A DNA stretch of 64,000 bases from assembly GCA_036646055.1 (NCBI GenBank), contig JAVXMY010000003.1, forward strand, positions 45,780 to 109,779, given 5' to 3'. Made by a program: the position numbers and the translations under genes. Below the pieces are notes generated by a model, which ran no database searches, was not told the origin of the DNA, and saw only the letters and a list, made by a program, of their open reading frames with translations. Numbering within the stretch: the stretch's first letter is position 1; every line of letters starts with the position of its first letter. Origin of the DNA: Anaerovoracaceae bacterium (lineage in GTDB: Bacteria; Bacillota; Clostridia; Peptostreptococcales; Anaerovoracaceae). Shown here in pieces: positions 58,212 through 64,000 of this stretch.

Positions 58212-59707
58212 TACTTACTATATTCCTCCAAAAGTTTTGAAACCATACTGTCTATAGTTGCTTCTTCAGACATAATAATATTCATATTATATTTACTAGC
58301 TTCCTTACTTGTTTGTTCCCCAATGCAAAGAGCCTTTACCTTAGTAAAATCAATTCCTTCATTGTTTTTTACAAAAGCATTAACTGTTGAAGCGCTTGTA
58401 AATCCAACAATATCAATAGAATCATCATACTTATTTAATTCTGTTGCTGTAACATCCAAAGTATCATAAATAGGAATATCATCAAATTCTAAATTGGCTT
58501 CTCTTAATGGAGTTATTACTTGATCAGTGCCAATTTTAGCACGTGGAATTAGTATCTTTTCTGCAGAAACAGTTTCAGCCAAAACTTTGCCTAACTCTAT
58601 TCCGCTATAAATTTCTGGCATTAAATCTACAAGAATACCTTTTGATTCAATTACCTTTTTAGTTCCAGGGCCTATTGCTGCAAACTTTAGACCACCTAAA
58701 GTTCTAACATCAACCTTGTTTTTTAATAGGGTATCAAAGAAAATTTTAGGACCAACTGGACTTGTGAAACAAACCCATCCATAATCCTTAATATTCTCAA
58801 TTGCCTTATCTAAGGCTATATTATTTTCTATTGGTACTGTCTTAATTGCTGGAAGCATTAAAACTTCACCACCTAAAAACCTTAATCTTTCGGCCAAACT
58901 TGAAGCTCTATCTGCAGGTCTTGTTACTGCAATTTTAACTCCCCCAAGAGGTCTATTTTCCGCCCAAGCGAAGTCATCAGAAAGACTACAAACCTTTCCA
59001 ACAATAATAATAGCAGGTGTGCCTATATTTGCTTCTTTAGATTTCAAAGGCAGTGTTTCTACAGTTGCAACAACACGTCTTTGATGGGCTCTTGTGCCAT
59101 TTTCCAAAATAGCAGCTGGCATATCCTTATCCATTCCAGCCATAATTAAACCTTGGCAAATCTTAGGAAGGGCACCAACACCCATTAAGAAAATCAATGT
59201 TCCTTCAAGTTTAACTAAAGACTTAAAGTCAATATTCGGTTCTTCTTCTTTTTTTGTATGTCCTGTAATTACATGGAAGGAAGAAGTGAAATCTCTATGA
59301 GTTACAGGAATGCCATTATATGCTGGAACCGAAACTGCAGAAGTAACTCCTGGTACAATTTCAAAAGGAACCTTGTTCTCACAAAGAAGTTCAAGTTCCT
59401 CTCCGCCCCTTCCAAATACAAAGGGATCCCCTCCCTTTAATCTAACTACATTTTTGCCTGCCAAAGCTTCCCTTAGCAAAATTCTATTGATTTCATCCTG
59501 TGGAACCGGATGACTTCCTGCAACCTTCCCAACGAAAATCTTTTCAATATTCTCAGGAATCATTCCAAGTACACCTTGTCCAACAAGTTTGTCATAAACT
59601 ACAACATCAGCATTTTCAAGCAAGTATTTACCCTTCAAAGTAAATAGGCCTACATCTGAAGGACCAGCTCCAACAAGCCAAACCTTACCAATATTATTAT
59701 TAGTCAT
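58211..59707 (-). CDS. cobA/hemD: Bifunctional uroporphyrinogen-III C-methyltransferase / uroporphyrinogen-III synthase
   Basis: 498 aa with a SUMT N-terminal half (VWLVGAGPSD, LKGGDPFVFGRGGEE) and a HemD C-terminal half. Confidence 0.9.
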   Translation of the reverse strand: MTNNNIGKVWLVGAGPSDVGLFTLKGKYLLENADVVVYDKLVGQGVLGMIPENIEKIFVGKVAGSHPVPQDEINRILLREALAGKNVVRLKGGDPFVFGRGGEELELLCENKVPFEIVPGVTSAVSVPAYNGIPVTHRDFTSSFHVITGHTKKEEEPNIDFKSLVKLEGTLIFLMGVGALPKICQGLIMAGMDKDMPAAILENGTRAHQRRVVATVETLPLKSKEANIGTPAIIIVGKVCSLSDDFAWAENRPLGGVKIAVTRPADRASSLAERLRFLGGEVLMLPAIKTVPIENNIALDKAIENIKDYGWVCFTSPVGPKIFFDTLLKNKVDVRTLGGLKFAAIGPGTKKVIESKGILVDLMPEIYSGIELGKVLAETVSAEKILIPRAKIGTDQVITPLREANLEFDDIPIYDTLDVTATELNKYDDSIDIVGFTSASTVNAFVKNNEGIDFTKVKALCIGEQTSKEASKYNMNIIMSEEATIDSMVSKLLEEYSK

Positions 59708-60593
59708 TTTTGCTCTCCTTTAATTTAATTGCCAACCCTGAAGCCAGCTTTAATCTATCTTTAAGTGGTCCTTTTACACTACCTTTAACTCCCACTTTAT
59801 TTACCTCATCATAGTAAAGCCCAAAAATTTCAATTATTTCATCTTCCATATTAGCCATACTAAATGCCCCAATTGGTGAACTACATCCCCCATCTAGAAC
59901 TCTAACAAACTCTCTTTCTGCCTCAGCTTCAGCTCTACTTTTAGCTGAATCAACAGACTCTAAAAATGAATAATCTTCATTAGCCCTACCCTGAATAACC
60001 AAAATCCCCTGTCCTGCAGATGGAATCATTTCATTATGAGTAAAAACCTTAGTAATTCTATTGCCAAGTCCCACTCTAGTAAGCCCTGCATGGGCTAAAA
60101 TCAAACTACCATACTCGCCTCTATCAAGCTTGGCTAGCCTAGTAATAACATTACCTCTAACGCTTTTACTTTCAAAATCCCCATAAATCTCCTCAAGTTG
60201 TAGTACCCTTCTAGCACTTGAACTTCCAATAGGTTTAGACAGATCTATCTCTTTTTCGCCTTCAGGCAAAACTAAAACATCGTAAGGATTTGCTCTCTCA
60301 CTAAAAGCCAAAAGAGGTAACTTAGGATTTTCCTCCATAGGTAAATCCTTTAAACTATGAATTGTAATATCCACACGTTTATCCATAAGTGCCTTATCTA
60401 GTTCCTTAACAAAAAGTCCTTTGCCACCAATTTTATCAAGAGTCTTATCCAAAATAACATCTCCTGTAGTTTTCATTGTTACAAGTTCAAGCTGGATATC
60501 CGGATTATTTCTTGCAATTTCATCCATAACAAGTTGTGTTTGCAAAACAGCAAGTTTGCTTTCTCTACTTCCAACTATGATTTTTCTCTTCAT
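59700..60593 (-). CDS. hemC: Hydroxymethylbilane synthase (porphobilinogen deaminase)
   Basis: 297 aa with IIVGSRESKLA, GGKGLFVKELD, GNVITRL and DGGCSSPIGA. Confidence 0.94.
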   Translation of the reverse strand: MKRKIIVGSRESKLAVLQTQLVMDEIARNNPDIQLELVTMKTTGDVILDKTLDKIGGKGLFVKELDKALMDKRVDITIHSLKDLPMEENPKLPLLAFSERANPYDVLVLPEGEKEIDLSKPIGSSSARRVLQLEEIYGDFESKSVRGNVITRLAKLDRGEYGSLILAHAGLTRVGLGNRITKVFTHNEMIPSAGQGILVIQGRANEDYSFLESVDSAKSRAEAEAEREFVRVLDGGCSSPIGAFSMANMEDEIIEIFGLYYDEVNKVGVKGSVKGPLKDRLKLASGLAIKLKESKND

Positions 60594-61840
60594 TATTTTC
60601 TCCTATCTAGTAGTTTTCTAATGTCAGCTGTTACATCCTTGGCCAATTTATGATCCTTGCCTTGAGCCGTCACTCCAACAGTTACATCTCCAGAAGTTAT
60701 AACTCCCGGGAAAAAAAACGTGCATCTATCTTTGTCGTTTGCCACATTGGTCATTAAATCCATCTTTTTTCCTTCATGACAAATATATTCATTTAGAACT
60801 TCATTGCTAGTTGCCGCAATAACATAGTCCATACCAATAAGATCTTCTTCCATACAAACTCTATTTACAATATTAATATTATCAAGTGCCTTAATTTCGT
60901 CACTAATTGTCGGTGCTACAACTTTAATATTGCAATTAAATTTGTGCAAAGTCTTTACTCTTCTAGTTGCAATTTTGCCACCACCAACTACTAAAAAATT
61001 CTTATCTTTTACATTAACAAATATAGGGAACCACTCCCTCTTTGTCTCTAAACTGCAATGAGCGAGTTTTGACATACCATAATCTTCACAAAGAATTTCT
61101 AATGTTTCTAATACCGAAACCCCTTCTTCTACCAATGGTCTACCTATTACTATTAATTTAGAATTTGTTGCTTGAGCCGCCTGGAATTTTTCCATAAAGC
61201 CGCCGTTTTTGCCCCCATCTTTAGTTACCACAACCTTAGTTCCTAGTTGATTTATAAGGGCTATGTTAAATTCTTCTGTAAATGGTCCCTGCATAGAAAT
61301 CAAGTTTCTGCCTTCATACCCTAAGGTGTTACATTGGTCAATAATATGACCTATTGGAAGAATCCTTGCAAAAAGTCGTTCCTTAAAGTTGTTTACTTGA
61401 GTAAATGTTTCAAGTTCTTTACTGCCTACTGTCAAAAGCACCTTTTCACTGGTCTTATTTAATACCTCAACAGCTTCCTTAGTGTCTGAAACAAAGACTA
61501 CTTCCTCTTCATCTACAAGACTATTTGACTGGCTGTCTCTTAACACTCTAAGATATTTTTTGCCACAATAATTAGCAGCTTCCTTAATATTTGCTGTAAC
61601 AATATCTGCATAAGGATGAGTCGTATCGATTATTAAATCGTAATTTTCATTTGTGATTAAATCCTTCATTTCTTCAAGGTTTAACCGCCCCTCTAGTACC
61701 TTAATATTTGACTTTGTTGCCTCTAGTATTTCCTTGCCGTAATTTGTTGCAACACATCCATGAACTTCTATTCCTTGGCCTATTTGAGAAAGCAGTTGCC
61801 TGCCCTCTGTTGTACCTGCAAAAACCAAAATCTTTTTCAT
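60593..61840 (-). CDS. Fusion of cobalt-precorrin-6A reductase (CbiJ) and precorrin-2 dehydrogenase (SirC/CysG-N-like)
   Basis: In the 415-aa ORF, residues 1 to about 260 are CbiJ-like (KILVFAGTTEGRQL, VVTKDGGKNGGF). Residues from about 265 to 415 are a Rossmann NAD domain typical of siroheme-synthase N-domains (FPIFVNVKDKNFLVVGGGKIATRRVKTL). Confidence 0.8.
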   Translation of the reverse strand: MKKILVFAGTTEGRQLLSQIGQGIEVHGCVATNYGKEILEATKSNIKVLEGRLNLEEMKDLITNENYDLIIDTTHPYADIVTANIKEAANYCGKKYLRVLRDSQSNSLVDEEEVVFVSDTKEAVEVLNKTSEKVLLTVGSKELETFTQVNNFKERLFARILPIGHIIDQCNTLGYEGRNLISMQGPFTEEFNIALINQLGTKVVVTKDGGKNGGFMEKFQAAQATNSKLIVIGRPLVEEGVSVLETLEILCEDYGMSKLAHCSLETKREWFPIFVNVKDKNFLVVGGGKIATRRVKTLHKFNCNIKVVAPTISDEIKALDNINIVNRVCMEEDLIGMDYVIAATSNEVLNEYICHEGKKMDLMTNVANDKDRCTFFFPGVITSGDVTVGVTAQGKDHKLAKDVTADIRKLLDRRK

Positions 61841-62565
61841 TATTTTTTGTATCCTCTTGGTGTTACCATTTTTCCGTTTATGTTTCTAGTTGAACTGTTT
61901 CCAATAAATACAGTTGTAAACATATCAACTTTAGTATCTCTTAGTTCTTTTAGGGTTAAGACTATTCCCTCTTCACCTTCTCTACCAATGTTCCTTACAT
62001 ACCCACACACTGTATCTGGACTTTTGTATTTTAGAGTAATGTCGCAAGCCTTTTTTAAGTAATCGCGTCTTTTAATACTTGAAGGATTATATAAACATGT
62101 GATCATATCTGACATTGCTGCACAGTCTAATCTTTTTTCAATTAATTCCCAAGGCGTTAATAAGTCGCTTAAACTAATTACTGAAAAGTCGTGGATTAAT
62201 GGGGCTCCTAAAACTCCAGCGCCACTACATGCTGCTGTAATTCCACAAACTATTTCAATCTCTATTTCCGGATGGTCTTCTGATAATTCATAAATTAATC
62301 CAGCCATTCCGTAAACTCCAGAATCTCCGCTACATACCATTGCCACAGTTTTGCCTTTTAATGCTTCATCAACTGCTAACTGACATCTTGCAACTTCCTG
62401 TTTCATAGGTGTTGATAAAAACTTTTTATGTGAGAAGTCATCCTTAACTAGGTCTACATAAACTGTATATCCTGCAATTATATCGCACTCTTCTAAGGCT
62501 TCCATTGCTCTTCCTGTTGCATATTTTAAATCTCCAGGCCCTAGACCTACAACGTAAATTTTCAT
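61840..62565 (-). CDS. cbiH: Cobalt-precorrin-3B (factor III) C17-methyltransferase
   Basis: 241 aa, class III tetrapyrrole methylase, with IYVVGLGPGD, SGDSGVYGMAG and the CbiH-typical C-terminus. Confidence 0.88.
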   Translation of the reverse strand: MKIYVVGLGPGDLKYATGRAMEALEECDIIAGYTVYVDLVKDDFSHKKFLSTPMKQEVARCQLAVDEALKGKTVAMVCSGDSGVYGMAGLIYELSEDHPEIEIEIVCGITAACSGAGVLGAPLIHDFSVISLSDLLTPWELIEKRLDCAAMSDMITCLYNPSSIKRRDYLKKACDITLKYKSPDTVCGYVRNIGREGEEGIVLTLKELRDTKVDMFTTVFIGNSSTRNINGKMVTPRGYKK

Positions 62566-62578
62566 ATATTTCTCCTAA

Positions 62579-63820
62579 TTATTTTTTGATTGTATCTTTT
62601 TTTGCTGATTCTAAAATGGCATTAAAGCAAATATCCCAGTATTCTTCTGGAAGTGTATCTTTTAATCCACAAAGGAGTTTGTTAATTCCTTTTTTTGAAG
62701 CTTCAACTACGACTTCTTCCATATTTTCTTGGATATCTTCCTGACTTAATTCTGATTTAGTTCTAAGCCAAGTGTCATTTGCTGCCAAATCCAATATTTT
62801 TGTTACTGTTGGCATACGTTTTCTAAACTTTACCCACTTCTCAATTTCCTGTCCATAGGACTCTAATACATTTTTTGCTTTTTCTATATTTAATTCTTTA
62901 TTTTCATCGTAAATTCCTGTGTCAAGACTATCTATATCTAGAATTTTTATTTCTCGATTTTCAGAAATTTTAGGGTCTATATCCCTTGGTACTGCCAAAT
63001 CTAGCCAAATTGCAGGTTCTATAATTGATGCTTCCTTAATATCCTCAAGGCTTATTGTATAATGAGGGCTTAATGTTGCACTTATAACAATTTCTGCATC
63101 CTTTAAATTTTCTATGCGCTTTTCATAGGGAACCATTGTGCACCCTTCTGGTATTAAGGATTCTCTATTATCTGCATTGTGATATTTTTTTCTTAAAGTC
63201 ATAAAAACATCTGCCTTAGCTCGAACTAAATGTTCCGCAATTAAAACACCCATTTTGCCATTGCCAATAATTAGACAACGTTTACCTTTAATATCACCAT
63301 AAGCATCGATTAATTTGCTTATGCCACTATTAGCAACAGATGGATTATATGTGGTTAAACTAACTGTAGTTTTAACTTTTTTAGCAGCACTAATACTATT
63401 TTGAAAAATTTTCTCAATATACTTGTCCGATGTTTTATTCTTTCTTGTTAATTGTAGTGCTTCTTTTATTTGAGTTACTATTTGGTCTTCACCAAATACT
63501 TTGGAATTAATGCCACAAGAGGTAACTAGCAAATGTTCAACTGCTGCTTTTCCTTTTCTACATACAAAATATTTTTGGCTTTGATTTTTTTCAACATTTT
63601 TAATGTTACACAAAACTTCATCTGGATTTATGCAGCCTTTATCACCACTAATCCAAAGTTCAGTCCTATTACATGTAGATAAAATTAGGCAACCGTTAAC
63701 GCCATCAATGGTATTAATTTCTTTCATAGCTTCTATGGCTTCACTTGTTGTAAATGCAAACTTTTCTCTTACATCTAGAGAAGCAATGCTATGATCTATC
63801 CCAACCATTTTAAATTCCAT
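62579..63820 (-). CDS. hemA: Glutamyl-tRNA reductase
   Basis: 413 aa with VGIDHSIASLDVREKF, STCNRTE (catalytic Cys) and the NADPH domain IIGNGKMG. Confidence 0.93.
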   Translation of the reverse strand: MEFKMVGIDHSIASLDVREKFAFTTSEAIEAMKEINTIDGVNGCLILSTCNRTELWISGDKGCINPDEVLCNIKNVEKNQSQKYFVCRKGKAAVEHLLVTSCGINSKVFGEDQIVTQIKEALQLTRKNKTSDKYIEKIFQNSISAAKKVKTTVSLTTYNPSVANSGISKLIDAYGDIKGKRCLIIGNGKMGVLIAEHLVRAKADVFMTLRKKYHNADNRESLIPEGCTMVPYEKRIENLKDAEIVISATLSPHYTISLEDIKEASIIEPAIWLDLAVPRDIDPKISENREIKILDIDSLDTGIYDENKELNIEKAKNVLESYGQEIEKWVKFRKRMPTVTKILDLAANDTWLRTKSELSQEDIQENMEEVVVEASKKGINKLLCGLKDTLPEEYWDICFNAILESAKKDTIKK

Positions 63821-64000
63821 TATTTTGTCGCCTTTCTAAATTCATGTGTAAATGATGGATCGTAAAGCAATGATCTTTCATACTCATTTCCAAGGAAATT
63901 TCCCACAAGAATTAAGGCCGTTTTTGTTATGTTATTTTCCTTTGCGATTTGAGGCAAGGTTTCAATTGTTCCTCTAAATACTTTTTCATCTGGCCATGTT
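63820..64000 (-). CDS. cbiF: Cobalt-precorrin-4 C11-methyltransferase, C-terminal fragment (5' end beyond the window)
   Basis: The minus-strand frame reads ...TWPDEKVFRGTIETLPQIAKENNITKTALILVGNFLGNEYERSLLYDPSFTHEFRKATK*. Its stop TAA overlaps the hemA ATG (TAATG). Confidence 0.8.
   Translation of the reverse strand, partial: TWPDEKVFRGTIETLPQIAKENNITKTALILVGNFLGNEYERSLLYDPSFTHEFRKATK

Overview
AT-rich, low-GC Firmicutes-type (Clostridia/Tissierellia-like) core chromosome. I count about 58 protein genes, 50 of them on the minus strand, plus a 15-gene tRNA array. All product calls come from motifs read in the translations, with no database search run.

Gene content in minus-strand order of the window:
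- ylxM-ffh (ffh truncated at the left edge), a MATE exporter, sppA, thrS and ddl.
- A TagGH-like ABC exporter plus an LCP ligase.
- The conserved block rpe-rsgA-prkC-stp-rsmB-fmt-def-priA, then asnA and queH.
- tdk, then the tRNA array, which has tandem sigma-A promoters and no rRNA.
- yigZ-hflX, then codY-hslUV-topA-dprA-comM-yraN.
- rnr, ppiB, a NUDIX hydrolase, a split ChrA pair and a TRIC-like channel.
- proS, a fused ispDF, a yacL-like PIN/TRAM gene, carD, radA and an EF-G-II type paralogue.
- The distal part of an anaerobic cobalamin/tetrapyrrole operon: cbiF (partial)-hemA-cbiH-cbiJ::sirC-hemC-cobA::hemD-cbiB-cobD-cobQ(short)-cbiC.

Three plus-strand islands interrupt this: a TIGR01212 radical-SAM gene, trkA-trkH-trkH, and an OmpR/HK two-component pair.

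I found no mobile elements, CRISPR arrays, prophage remnants, toxin-antitoxin or defence-type gene sets, and no sizeable unexplained non-coding block. I therefore cannot support a claim of a novel multi-gene system here. The points worth a second look are:
- A cobyric-acid-synthase homologue that cleanly lacks its glutamine-amidotransferase domain.
- A CbiJ::SirC fusion and an IspDF fusion.
- Near-consensus CodY boxes at matching positions upstream of the codY promoter and the EF-G-II paralogue promoter.
- Two cases of a promoter embedded in the preceding terminator hairpin.
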